DNA from: Perkinsus olseni
Taxonomy: Eukaryota
DNA: 42,387 nt
Assembly (NCBI GenBank): GCA_013115125.1
Contig: JABANN010000289.1
Coordinates: 1 to 42,387 of the forward strand
Direction: 5' to 3'
The notes under the pieces are model-generated. The model had not been told where the DNA came from and made no database searches. It was given only the letters and a program-made list of their open reading frames with translations. Position numbers and translations under genes: made by a program. Positions 10,642 through 24,283 of the stretch are shown one piece after another (position 1 is the stretch's first letter; the number at the start of each line of letters is the position of its first letter).

Positions 10642-12710
10642 TGTGGCAAGAGAAAGGCTATCACTAATTGTACTTGGAAACACCCACGACATATTCTTCC
10701 GAATCGGCACCACTACATCCGTGTGGACCCTCGGAAAATCACTGCGAAGCGAGTGAGGTCTTCACTCCTCCGAGAGAGTTTGGATGTAACGTGATAACCT
10801 CGACGCTTTATTTGTCGAGGGACAAGAGGGTGGCGTGGCTGTCAGAATCCGATAAGCGATTTGAGACAGAACTGGGAAGTTTCCTGACGTGGGCGGAAGC
10901 TAGCAAGAGATTTAAGTGTGGACAATACACACCGTGTGTAACACACGGACAGTAGTAGTATTCCAACAAAGCCTGTTCGAGTTCTGTTGGGGATCTATGC
11001 CGACGAGCTGCTTTCATTTGGCAACGCCACTGTCCGTTGGGCTGATGATTCAAATTGATGTGTGCGTCCCTCACGCTGCTCACTCCATCTACTATGTCAA
11101 AGGTGTTTAATTACGTTCTTAGTCAAAAAGTCGTCGTGTCCACACAACTTGTGTGACACGATTTCGTCCAGGCTGAGCGAAGTATGAACAACGTCGTCCT
11201 TAGGAATCCTGAGTTAAGATTATATGACCTCCATAGCTGTTCGAACGGCGAGGACCGAACCCAGTATACGAGCCGTGCCTTCTTCTTTGTGAAAGACGGT
11301 AGCTGCTTCTTGAGGAAGAACCGTAAGTTTCTCAAGAGAGGAGCTTTAACTTCAAGTTTAGGCATTTCTTAGCCTCCTTCTGGAAGTAAGGACTCTTCAT
11401 ACCGGCTCACCCGCAACTTGGGAGCTTTTTTACGAGTATATCTCCCAATCTGTGCTCCCGCAAATCGAACCGGTCACCTCGCAGCTGTCAAGCGCGCCAT
11501 CAAGCATCAATAAGACTCCGTTCTAGATAAAATTCAGCTCCTCAACTGGCACACACTTGTTGTCTATCTTCATCCAGCGTTCGTTCCTATCCTGTGGCCG
11601 TTTTAAGTGATGAGGCCTCCCGAGTTCCGAGTCCTTGGTTACCGTCTTACGAGCCTCGCTAAAATCTCTGAGCACTTGAATTCGCGGTTAGCACTTGCGC
11701 TGGATGCAACGGCTTCTTGCGAGTACTTGAACGCAATCGCTCTCACGTGTTCCTGTGCATATCGAAGCCCTGTATTCAAGAAAAGTGCGATCATCGGATA
11801 TATGAGTCGCCGCCTCGAATTGAACCTGGATCACGCGAGTGATGGTCTGCCGCTCTACATATTGAGCTGCGTTGGAGTAGTGTAGCCGTGGTTTCTCAGT
11901 AACTTGCCGTCTGACTACGACTTATGCTCACGATTCCGACCCACGCCGCCACGGGTCTCCGCCGATTCTCGGCAAGGAGCGGTTCCTAAAGCTCGTCAAG
12001 GAGGAACTCCAAGTTGTGACTTTTTCGCGCTCCTCGAGAATGAGATTTTTTCGCTGCTCAAGGCCGGGGTGGTAAGCACTCCTTCCTCGGAGGTCTGCCT
12101 CAGGAGAAACTCCTGAGTTGTAGAGACATTTTCTCTAGTTTTTTGCTTTTGTGGGAACTTTCTGTCACGCTGCACGCATGCACAGCCATTTCACTCCTCG
12201 GCCGGCAGCTATGTGACTGAGCAAAATCATCAAATCGTAATCTCTTCCTCGAGCGGCTCAGCAAGGATTTAGAATATCATCTTCTGGGCATATGCTTGTG
12301 TTGAGACGTCTGTCAGTATTCGCTTAAGAGAACTTGGGAAACGCTTTTGTCCATGAAGTTGACAGTCTTCTCTCCACACCATTCGTGCCGAGTTGAGTGA
12401 AGGTGCTGTTAATTTCGTCATTCCCTTACGCTAACCTTTCTGATGTTCATCTAGGTCTTTACTGCCCCGCTCCAGCGCGGAGCCTCCCGGACGCTGTATC
12501 TGATTTTTGGGGAAGAAATCCTAAGCGGCCTCCGCTGGTTTCATCATGAACTCGAAGGAAAGCAGACTTAGCCGGCCACTTTCTTGTTCATTTCAAGCAG
12601 GGAACAGGAAAACTTTCGGAGGAAAATATCACCAGGGAGATGCTGCCGGTAGTATTCTCATAATTTCCCCCATCAGTGGGTTTAGTATCATTATCACCAT
12701 CCCCCACTCC

Positions 12711-15700
12711 ATGCTGGCCGGAGGCTTCTACCGCGCACTCTTATCCAAGCACTACTCGGGGCCTAGCAGGACGGTCAAGGTCGTCTATAGTTCTCGAACG
12801 GGGACCTCGAAGGCAGCAGCCGGCAGATTGAAAGATACTCTCGAATCGGACAAGATTCGCGTCATCTTGCTCCCAATCGAGCAGTATTCCTACGAGGAAC
12901 TTTGCGAGGAGTCTTATCTCGTACTTTTGCTCTCCACGGATACGGATGGAACTCCTCTGCCCGGGGCTAAGGACTTCACTGAGCAGCTTCGCGATGCTGT
13001 TTACGATTTTAGAGTTGACAAAAATGTATTGGAGAAGTGCAAAGTGGCGGTGATTGGATTTGGTTCGGAAGAATACCCGGCCAAGCACTACTGTAAAGTA
13101 GCCAAAAATTGTGACGATTGGTTGGCCAAACTTGGAGCCCAGCGAGTTTCGCCCTTACTGTGCATTAGCGATACAAGAGACGTTGAGAAGCAAGTTAGCA
13201 GGTAGTAAGGGGGAGCAGCACCTGCCCGACTGGAAGAGCTCTTGAAGTCCGCTATTGTGTATAATTGGCGTGACAGCCGGCGGCGCCCTTTGTGCTGAGA
13301 GTCGCCCAGTGAGAGATCTGACGATTTGTACCATATGCAGTAGGATGTATGAGGAAAGCTTCTATCGAGAGGAAGGGGAGCTGGGAAAGTTATTCAAGAA
13401 TCTCAGGTGCATCGACCTGATTAAGAAGGCGTATGCAAGGCTGGATGCCGAGCCTACTGATCAGCGGACGGCTGATCTCGAGGATGATGTGGAATCGGTA
13501 GGCTCTGAGGAGTCCACGAGTGATACTGAGGATGGCGATGTGGAGGATGCTAGTGGTAGTAGGGGGTGCGGTTACCGCACTGCGGTACTCACGTCAAAAA
13601 GGTTTCGGAATATATTCGGGAAATCTCCTAGTAGTGAAATTTACACAGTAGAAGATCTCGGGATACGCGGCCACTTGCCGATGGTCGAAGGTTTACCTTT
13701 CGTGTAAAACAGCTTGTTGGGTCGTGGCCGACGTCCAAGGCAATTGAGGTCGTGAGTCTTGGTCGATCTGGTAGCCTCGATAAGAGCTGACGTTTCGCAT
13801 TGTAGCGGAGTTGCTCACATGGATGTTCTCCATGCCTCTCGCTCGCGAGGTCCTTGGTTCTATTCCCGGATGTGCGTATTGTCTTCGTACTATACATCAC
13901 TCAGAGTGTTCTACCGAGGAGGGATTCCTCGTCAGGTGCCTGCGGTGGCAACGACAAAGAGATGGTTACTAAGAAGCACCGCGCAGCCCTTACTCGGGAA
14001 GGCTATCGACTGGTTGGCAGCCACAGTGCTGTGAAGCTGTGCAGATGGACCAAACATCAGGTCATAACCTTAGCGATGGGTTTATATACATAAGCATCAA
14101 TGATAAATAGTGTTATTTGCATATGACGGAATAATATGGGAAATTTACAGTGTGTGAGAGTATAAACAAGTGGAGGAGTTTACAGATGAACTCCTTCGTA
14201 GCGAGAATAAACTTATTTCCTTGCAGTGAGCTGCGCGGATGCGCATATTATGTTTGCTAGTCATGCCCTCTCAGCAGTCATGCAGTTTTTTTCCGTTATA
14301 TCATCTTGTTAAGTCGTCGACGACCGAGGCCTTCAGACATGCTGCCATGTTGACGACCTGTTCTCGAGCTGAGCAAATCTTGGTATAGATGTTGAGTCGT
14401 CATGCAAGTTTCAGTCGCACTGCTTTTGCCCACTCGCACGCGCTTCCTTCTGTTGTTGGTGGCTGTCAAGACTTGTATGACTCCATCTCGATCGAGGGCC
14501 GACTTGTCTCTGTCCAGGTCCGAGGTCGAGGAGGATGCTACAAGCATTCCTTCTACGGTATTGAGTCCCATCAGTGCATGGAGGCCACAGCGAGTCTGGC
14601 CTGCGCTAACAAGTGCGTGTTCTGTTGGAGGCATCACCGGAATCCTGTTGGCCGCTCCTGGACGTGGGCACAGGACCCTCCGGAAGAGGTAGTAGGCAAT
14701 ATTTGACCGCGCGCCACGAAATTCGTTGCACGTTTTTCAACTTTTTCGTACCTCGTACCGATCTCGAATACCATAATTTATGGACTGCGAAACGGTCCCG
14801 AAATTCTCGCGTGTTATCTTCGCTGAAACCTTCGCGTTGTTGATTCAGATCGTGAACGGTTGGCTCGGCAACCATGCTGGGATGGTAAAGGAGTTGAAGG
14901 GCGTGCCAGGGGTCACTCCTGAGCGCTTCGAACAGGCTAAGAGAGTGAGGCATTGCGCACTGAGTCTTGTTGGTAGTAAACGGGGAAGGGGGAGCTGGTG
15001 TTGTTGTGGCCCTGTTATGAGTATGCTTACGCGAAGCATATCTGTCAACTGAATGCAGGAGAAATTTGTGAAACGTAAATCGATCTGGATGAGTTGTCAA
15101 GTGCGTTGGCTGGAAGTATCCAAGGTTGACCCTTGCTTGATACAGATAATCAGTCATTCCGTTGAACCAAATAACAAAATCACTACTAGGGGCTTTCATC
15201 GTGTACCTCGGAGTTGTTGTAATAATTTTTGCTCAGCTATGTATCGTACCATCTGCTTCCATTTCGCTGATTATTTCCACTGTAGCAACCGCAATCTTTC
15301 TCCACTAATAATACCAGTAGTCCTTTCTTTCTCAAAATTTATTATCAGCAGTAGCCTCTCGCCGACTTGCGGGGCTCGCCGACTTGCGTGTATTCTTCGG
15401 AAGAAGTTCATCTCGTCTCTTCAGGAGAGCCGATCATTTATCCTCAAATAAATACAGCGCTGGACCTGCTCCATCAGAACGGCATTTCGACCTTTATGGT
15501 CACCAATGGGCAGTTTCCCGAGGCCATCCGATCCCTCATACCAGTCACGCAGCTGTAATAATGGAGCGTGGGGGGATCGAACCTGTGCAGCTTAGGATCT
15601 TACCGTAGCTCTCATCGTTTTCTGTATCTATCCGGCAGTGCATTCGAATTCAGCTTCGTGATTGAGAATTGTGTGGTTCATACCGTGATGAAAATCTCTT

Positions 15701-18425
15701 TTCGATGTGGATTCAGAAGGCACTGTCATAGTATCTTTCATATTGGATGAATTGCGGGCGTCATTTTCAATTGGCACAATTTCTCGGTGTCTTTTCTGCA
15801 ATTCTGTCTGATTCGAAGCCTTCGAGTTTTCGCCCTTCTTGCCTCCGAGTTCATCACATTTCCCGACTTTCTTATGTATTCCTTATGTATCACTAGAGGT
15901 CATTAGTGTCTTGGACGAGCTGTCTGTCGATCCTCATTCCTCGATCAGGTACGTTTCTGTTGACGCCTCCAACGCTGAGGACATGAAGGCCATCGACAGA
16001 CCCCTCTTTGAGGACTTCTGGGACCGTTTTATCGACTCCCTCACAGCACTCAAGCATAAGAAACAACGGACTGTGTAGGAGCCTGAGGGGGGCCTAGCAA
16101 ATTGTCCTCGCGCTTATGGCCTGCAGCATTGCTGTCGTAGTGCTGGAGTGAGATAGTGTTATCTTATTAGGGTCGAGCTTGTTCACGCGGGAATAGCGGA
16201 GGATCGCTTGGGAAGTTGCTTTCGAATGTAGTTCATAGCTCTAGGAGCGCGCAGGCTAGCTATCTTGGTCAAAAAGTGTGACGTGATTCGTATTGAAGTT
16301 TCTTGGTGGGAAGGTGGGCGAGCAGTTGGTTGAAGCAGTTGTCGGTCAGTAGTGGGTGTGGATGCTCATCTTGACATCACTCGAATGCAGACTGGCCGCC
16401 CGGGATGGGGGGAAGCCTAACTCACCGCCGTATCATGAGCTGTGCTCTGTTCTTCCGATCGCAGAGAGTTTTTTGCCGGAGTATCTTAAGTACCTATGAT
16501 GTGCATGGTTGAATAGGTTGTATTTCTAATATGCCTCGTTGGTATGGGAATTCGTCCATTTCCATGTATTTGTGAATGACGTGGTTGGACCTTAGATACC
16601 GTATGACGTTGGTAAAGGGATATAACATATCGACTGCTGCGGAGTACGCGGAGCTACTTCATTTGGGCAACCCTCATTTCCTCGAGATCAAGGCGGTCAC
16701 GTTCTGCGGGAAGGGAGATGGCTCAGCTCAGATGACGATGGAAAATGTGAGTGAATAGCGTGTGGCGAAATAGCAGTGGTAGGGGTGGCAGATCAACTCG
16801 CCTGCATTTTCTGATGGAAAAATCGGATAAACGATAGACTTGAAGAAGGCTGCTATTAGGGTTATATTATCATTTCAGAATTGTGGTCGTTTCGCTCCGT
16901 CCGCCGTAGGGTATCTTTAACACCATCTGCTCTGCCAGGTGCCTTGGTTCGAGGAAGTGGTGGAATTTGCTCAGATGATTATAGAATCATCGCCGTGGGT
17001 TGAAGAACGATATGAGATTGCGTGTACTCATCGGCACTCCTGCACAGTCCTCATTGCCCAGAAGTAGGGGGGCATACGAACTTTGTTTGGGGAGGTAGCG
17101 GGTCTCTTTCGAGTGTGGTAAATGAAGATACCACCTTTGCTGGGTGAAATGTATCGCTTGAGAAATGTCAACTTTATTGTATCAACTTTCGGTTGTATTT
17201 TTGGGAAATGGAGATGTTCGAAGCCATTAATGTTCATTATTGAGAGATTCCAGCACTTCCAAGATTCGCGAATCTTAGATCGTTCAAAGTGGATGGTGTG
17301 TGGCACACCTGGATCGACTATGATAAGTTCACCCAACTAGCCCTGAAGTATTCCAAGACCGGCAAGCCCTTCGCAGTCGAAGAGTACTGGGCTCCCACTC
17401 CTGCATGGGCCGTCTATGGCGCTGAGGTAATAAGGAGGAGGGCTGCAGGGCGTGGTGGGGTGTTCCATTTCCAGTGCTTGCTTATTATATTGGGGAGTTG
17501 GATTGGCCCAAGTAGCAAGTTGCCCTTGGTTTGGAGAATAAAAATAGATTATTACTATTCTTTCCGGGGCGGCGGGTACTATTATTCATAATACGCCAAC
17601 CTACCCTATGAGTTGCCGACCAACTGACAGTTGGTTTGTCCAGCAACTTGCTGGCAGCAAGCACCATAACGGTTTCGAGTATTGATGTGAGTAACGCATG
17701 CAGAAGTTAGTACTGGCCAGTGGTGTGGTGGGTTGATTAGTGCATATCATCAGTATCATCAGCATCTAAAAGGGTGTTCAATAGGCTGCTGCCTCTCCTG
17801 AATTATGGCAGGGCTCTCGGAATTGAATTAAATATGTAAAAGTCAGTTCTGGGAGCATTGCAGGAACTGATGGGAGGCAGCAGTCTATCGAACGTTCGGA
17901 TTCTTAATAATGTATTGAAAGAGAGTATTGATGTATATTTCGAACTGGGAAATTCCCAGTGGAAATTTATTGGCTGTTATTGTCAACTTTGTCAGGAAGA
18001 GGGCTTCGATCCAGAGATGAAGCGGCATTACCGGAATGGCAAGACGCCCGAGCTGGGGAAGCAGATACGAGCGAAGCAGCTTCGGGAGGAGCAGGAGAGA
18101 TCGTCTAAGTGTGAGTGCGGGATATGTTCGGGAAGAATTTCCGTCGTGTTTCGCGTATTTCAACTGTGCGTTCTGAGTTGGTCAGGATCTTCCTTCCGAG
18201 ATACTAGTCTTGTCGTTAGCGCAGTGATGATAGCATAATATCGCTGTAGAGTTCGACTGAGCTGGTAATGGCCGACCGACTCACTCAGGACGACGAGACT
18301 ACGTGGAAGACTGGAATTCGAGTGTTGAACACTTAGTGTTCCGAAGGCAACTCTCGTGTTGTTGGTGGAGTATTTCTCACAATTCAGGTGGCGACGGTAA
18401 GGAGTGCTGTGGTGGAGGATGTTGA
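12711..18425 (+). CDS. TYW1: tRNA wybutosine-synthesizing protein 1 (flavodoxin + radical SAM), 12 exons
   Basis: Flavodoxin domain (YSSRTGTS...AVIGFGSEEY), GYRLVGSHSAVKLCRWTK, RGRGGCYKHSFYGIESHQCME, radical-SAM CANKCVFCWR, HCALSLVGEPIIYP, FMVTNGQFP, QLYVSVDA, RTVYRMTLVKG, EIKAVTFCG, WHTWIDYDKF. Exons: 12711-13201, 13407-13555, 13936-14060, 14518-14688, 14849-14972, 15425-15554, 15949-16074, 16596-16746, 16939-17063, 17279-17426, 17996-18110, 18388-18425. True start may lie upstream. Confidence 0.95.
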
Positions 18426-20353
18426 GAAGAATAAATGCGCGTCACTTGTTTTATAGATAACGTTACTTCCGGTCTCGGCGAAGATGTTGTTGAGTTCTTC
18501 GAGTAAAAGTTGGGATTGATGATCGAATGGTTAGTCCGTGGGCTTCAACCCAAAGGATCTATTGGGACTGGAGGGTTTTCGAAAAACACTTTCCTGAATT
18601 AGCGGACATTGCCCGAGAGATATTAAATAAAGGCATATGAAGTATAATGATATATCACAAGACACTCATATCAATGTGCCGGGATTGAACAACACGGCGG
18701 AAGTGGGTGTGAGACAATGGCCAGAGTTCTAACCTTATCTGTTCTTGAGTTACAAGGCCAAGAGTGTACTGTTATGTTGAATCACGAAGATACTCAGTTA
18801 GTAACCTAAAAATTTTAGGTTACTGCGGCGCGATCATCGCAAACCTTGACGTAAAATTTCTTCGGACGGGAACCTATAAAATTTATAGTATAAATCATAA
18901 CGAAGACACTGTAGAGCAGAAAAGGTATTGAATCAAACCTGTAGAGTTTGGAGAAGATTCAATGTCAGTGAGGGAATTGCAGATGGGGCAGATGTTCAAC
19001 TTGGTGGGCATTTTTTAATCAGAGAAACTGGCTGAAAATAAAGGACTCAAGACAGGAGTTATCATAAGCGAATAGCAGAAGATTGAAATCACGAAGGTTT
19101 GTTCAATGCTTGCAACATTGTGAGAAAGATCCAGGTTGAATCCCGGGGATTCAATCCCCCTCAATCCCCCTAAGCATATGACTTACACAGTGTGTGAGAG
19201 TGTCACTCTTGATAGTTCATCCGGGATGATCGGGATGAATCATCCCCGGAACGAACGCCCCGGCATTTTGTTCAAGGCAGGGTTTTGCTGGTACTCATAA
19301 TATGAGTCTCATATTCAGAAAGGATAATTCATCATCGTTGACGACGATATAAGTTACGTATATAAGTTATCATATAACATAATATTGTAAATATTTGAGA
19401 CTAGCAACACATTTCTACTAACAATCTATGGGTTATGTTATCAATCTATGATAGATTGCGTAGATCATCTATCACCCCAGTTCGACGGTTGATGATGAAT
19501 CACAGAAGCAATTCGGCCCTTTTGGGACGAAATGACTTTTCATGCACCCGGAATCAGTGTTGGGTTAGTATTGGGAGGTGGGTCAGAATGAGATTGGAGG
19601 CGATAGTGGTGTCGACTCCGCCGTCTGTTTAGCAATCCAATTCTGAAGCTCAGGTTGGTTCTTCATACACGGAGGGGTGAGTGTATTAAAGTATGATACT
19701 TTTAGTATCTCACTCGCGGGCCGCGAGTCGCGGCGATTGGGTTCCCGTAGATGAGAGTGTTGTGTACGCGCCATTGCCCCGCGATTGTTAGCGGCAGCGA
19801 ATGGAGGCCGCGCGATGCGATAGACTGCCGTGCACAGCACTCGTGCCGGGTGAGGAGGGATGAGGCGAGAAATGACTCTTGCACCTCTCACGAGAGGTTC
19901 TATGACGACTTCACAGTTAATCTCACATACGTATCTTGTACGCGACGCGTAACACGCGTGCGCAAACGACGCCCGCGGGTGTGTTCGCTCGCATCCGCAT
20001 TTAACATTCGATAACAAGTTATTCTTGTTCGAACACCCCGCGGTATGGTGTCACAACAGCGCGGCAAGTCCATGACTCTCATTCTCATTCCACTTCGCTA
20101 CGATGACGTAGAGTCGACGACTAGTCCGCGAGCCTGTCATGCCAACGGACCGTGCGATTGGCATGGAAGCTTCAACATTCCTGCTGGCCGCAGTTTTTAC
20201 AAGAACTTTGTGTCCCCAACTGGTCAGATCGGATGATGGGCGATTATTAATGTGGCAATAATTCCGTGCCCGGAGTTTGTCACGCGTGTTACAACAGCGT
20301 CATTCTATGTCGGGGCGCGCGGGAATTTCGGCTCGTCATCCTTGAGTTGAAGC

Positions 20354-23300
20354 ATGGCTCATGTAAGATATGATAATCTCCTGGAATCTTTCATACCTGT
20401 TCTATGCAGGGTAAACCTCCCAGGGTAGATTGGGATATTCCCAACACTTACGATATCCGTCAAGTAATTGGAGCGGGTAGTTATGGTCAAGTGTGTGAAG
20501 CTTACGATAAGGTAATCCGAAGGCCGGAGGATCTATTCCCAGGGGGGGTATTTTCAAATTGACTCATGTATTGTAACGACTACTAAAGGTGTTCATAATT
20601 TTCCAAAGAATTGTAGCTATAATTTTAATACGGAAATAAGACAATAATTGTGGGAGTTTTCAACAAGTCCTTTCCGAGCACTTCCAGGATTGAATCGTCC
20701 CGTATAAATCACGAGGGGTATATTTCTGTGATATTCTTATTCTCGAGAAGGGCCAGCAGCAGTATGTCTTGTTAATGCGGAACCCTTATCGTTGGACTTC
20801 TCTGATGCGCTTGACTCAGGGTTAGTCCATGGTCAGGACCATCACCGATTGGTTGCTATAAAAAAGGTGGAATTTGTCTTTGACGATTTGGTGGACTGCA
20901 AACGGACACTGAGAGAGATAGCGATCTTGAACAGGTGATAATGAGAATTATTCCCGCGCGCCACGAAATTGCCGCAATCCTATTTCGCTTCAGGTTGGAC
21001 CATACTAGCGTGATAAAGATCGTGGATCTCGTGGTACCCGAGGACTTGGTCAAATTTAATGACTTTTACTTGGTAGTGGACGAGGGAAGGGATAGTATTA
21101 TTGGTATGGTTGTTAAGAATCTTGTGAAATTAGTCTTCATGCCATTCAAAAGGGCACTGTTTGAGTTGAGCATCTTTCGTGTCACTTACCATAAAAGGCT
21201 ACTCGTAGTGGCTTCTGACTGAGCTTAAAAATCTTGTTCTAGTGATTGTCATTAGTTTTCGGTCGCGGCGTTCTTCCCTGGGCGTCGCTTCGAACCATTT
21301 CGAATGCACCGGCACCTTTTTCTTTTGGGCTCATATCTTCCATTCACTCGCTCCATCTGTCCTTTACTCGCGAACTTGCAGGGAGAAGGCATCAAGCGTG
21401 ACGAAGCGATGCTTTTTTCTGAGGGTTCCGCAGTCCTTTTTGATCAGTTTATCGCTGCATCTTGATTGAACGATTCTCGATCGAGTTTCGTGCAGGTCCT
21501 GGAGATGGCCGATAGCGACATGAAGAAACTATTCCGTCAGCCAATTTTCCTCACAGATCTTCACGCGAAAACTCTTCTGTACAACCTTCTGGTTGGCATC
21601 AAGTTTCTACACTCGGCAGGAGTGTATCACCGGGACTTGGTAGTAACTCGGGGTGACCTGGTGGAATTGAGTTGGTGGAAATGTGGTATTGTTTCTCTCG
21701 CTACTTCTATACACGCTAGGAAGTTAATAGTCAGGCGAAATTATTTGCAAATCTTTTTTCAATATTGGCTGTCCGAAATTTTGCTGGTCAGCCGGGTGCA
21801 AGTCGCGGTGGAAGTACCGTGATTTGTTCAAGTTGTGGTACAGCTTATTTAATATATTTCTCCCTATGTTCAGAAGCCAGCGAACTGTTTGGTTGACCAA
21901 GACTGTTCAGTGAAGATATGCGACTTTGGCCTATCGAGAGCGGTGGGAATGGAAAAGGAGTTGAAGAGCATGAAGCAGGGGGCGTCCACGATCTTCGAGG
22001 AGGGGGCGGAGGCTGCGAACGACCAGGAGGTTATAAATGGGAGGAAAGGGGGGCCAGACCTTTCATATCGTGGGATGGGGTAGATTTGAACGCGTTGATT
22101 GGTCCTCGACGTGAAGACGACTGTCCGACTGAGGCGTGCGAAGTATCGGAACCAATAGGTTGGGTCGAAGTGGATTTTGGCGTGGAGTGATGATATCAGT
22201 CGTGTTAAGGTCCGGTCTAGGGCGAAATTTATCATCATTTTTGGTGTTGTTCAGGGGAAGCAGAAGAAGGGTCGGGAGTTGAAGCGCCAATTGACGGGAC
22301 ACGTTGTCACCAGGTGATGCCGATAACTTAAAAAGAATGGCGAAAAATCTGGAATTGAGAAATTGAGAAGCTGGAAAATTGTAAATTTGTTTTTGGGAGG
22401 GGTTGATAGATGATGGCAGTGTGCTCTGATGTTACACTTTAACCAGCCGATTGGCGGGGAAAAATCACACTTACTAAATCTAGGAGAGTCGTGCAAGGGC
22501 AGGGCGAGCAGCGATCAATCTCAATCACAGATCATCATCAATTAACACTCGCTCACCCTTTGTAGACAATCCACATGACTCTCGTCGGTCGGTGTGTTTG
22601 TGCAGATGGTATCGCCCACCGGAGTTGATTTTTGTGGAAGATATGTATGATGAGGCTGTCGATATTTGGAGTGCGGGATGTATCTTTGCGGAGTTACTTG
22701 GTAATATTGGGAATGATTTGGGCGATTTATGGTAGTAATAGCATCGCGCTGAGTTTATCATGTTACTTCGGGCATGATCGCATTGCTTCGATTTTCGTCA
22801 CCGCTGGTTGGTTGAAATTACCGCCAGAAACTCTCGGCGCATAGTTTTCACTACGTAATGATTGCAGTTTATAGCGTATCTCAGGTTGAATAGTTAGCGA
22901 AATATGGAGCTTGTGTGTTGAGAATCTTCGGCCGGATAGACTTTCTCAAAGTCGGTTTCAAGTTTGAGCTGATAAAACTGAATAGAAGGTCTCAGTAAAG
23001 CTGAATCAACTAGAATGCGTTGTTTTGAAGTACTTCGTCACGACAAGCCGATTTTGTGCGCGGTGATGGTTAACGTTTTCGGTATCCACTTTTGTTCGGT
23101 CGAATTCAGGGTTAACCTGTGAATAGCTTTGATGAGCATCGAGGTGTATCTTCTCAGGGATGTTGAAGGAAGTGGTGTCTTTCCCGTCGGATCGAGGGCC
23201 TCTGTTCCCGGGCAGTACATGCTTTCCTTTATCTCCGGATCATAAGCATGCCAACGATCATAAGGTGGGGGAGAATCGAACCGGGGGTCTATGGGATGGC

Positions 23301-24052
23301 GGCCTGAGGCTTTGCCCTGTTAATCAGTTCCACGCTCGAGGGAATAAGGATCAGTTGAATATGATATTCAATGTTATTGGTACGCCTAGTGATGAGGATG
23401 TTGAGTCGTTTGAGGAGAAGGATATCCAAGAGTGAGTTATCGGTGCGGGTGAGGAATTTCGTGGCGCGTGACGGCGAGGTGGCCAGGTACTTGCGGTGCT
23501 TCACGAAACGTCCTGGAATAGGGATAGCAGAAGTCTTCCGGGCGGCATCAGGTAGAGAATTTCGTGGCGCGTGACGGTGGGAAGGTTCCTCATTTCCATA
23601 GCTGACGCCTCGGACCTCTTGGAGAGGATACTGGTCTTCAATCATAAGAAGCGCCTTACTGTGGGAGAGTGTCTCGAGCATAGTTACTTCAAGGAAGTAA
23701 GAGGAGTGGAATTAGTTGCGAAAGATCAGGTAGGTGGGAGGTTCGAACTCGGGGTTATTGGAATAGAAGCGGTGGATTATACCGCTGGAGTATCTTGACA
23801 GGTATTTCTGCCGTTCGAGTTGGAATCTACTTTGGATGAGAAGGATATGAGGCAGTACTTTATACTAGAAATGCAGAAATTCCACCCGGAGGTAGTAGTA
23901 GTAGTTATGATGCTTCACGTTGACGGCAATTTCGGTTTGGCATCTTCTTGTGTGATTGATCGGTTGCGGTCGTGAAAGTAGCATAAATTTTTTCGAGGTA
24001 TATCATGCCGCTCTCTCAGGTTAAGATACCTCAGGAGTTGACGGTGAAGTAG
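20354..24052 (+). CDS. Mitogen-activated protein kinase, alveolate MAP2/MAPK3 type (TGH activation loop), 14 exons
   Basis: [99 protein letters not shown]. Exons: 20354-20362, 20410-20511, 20837-20934, 20994-21072, 21496-21639, 21874-22029, 22255-22313, 22606-22700, 23158-23264, 23328-23431, 23487-23551, 23602-23729, 23802-23891, 24020-24052. Confidence 0.95.
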
Positions 24053-24283
24053 ATCGTCGCCGCTTGTGATACGCATGTCAATGATAACCGTTGTTCGCGG
24101 ACTTGCCGTCTTGTGTTAGAGCTGATTCAATATTAATCGTTTCAGGGGGTAGCTACGAATTGGGTGAAAGATGGTATTCCCGGTTCCTCATTTTACCCTA
24201 CTTTAGAGCACCGTTGTTCATTGCGGACTGGTCTGACGGACTGCGGGGAAGTAGAGTTCAAGTTGTCATATTTTTTCGATGCC

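Noticed and set aside
10800-12120. Possible minus-strand gene upstream of the paralog cluster
   Set aside because: Only fragmentary open stretches with stops. Noted only through its 22-bp match to 6546-6567.
14606-15199. 197-aa minus-strand ORF and similar antisense ORFs (12741-13088, 21870-22238, 23289-23681)
   Set aside because: Antisense shadows of TYW1 and MAPK exons and introns.
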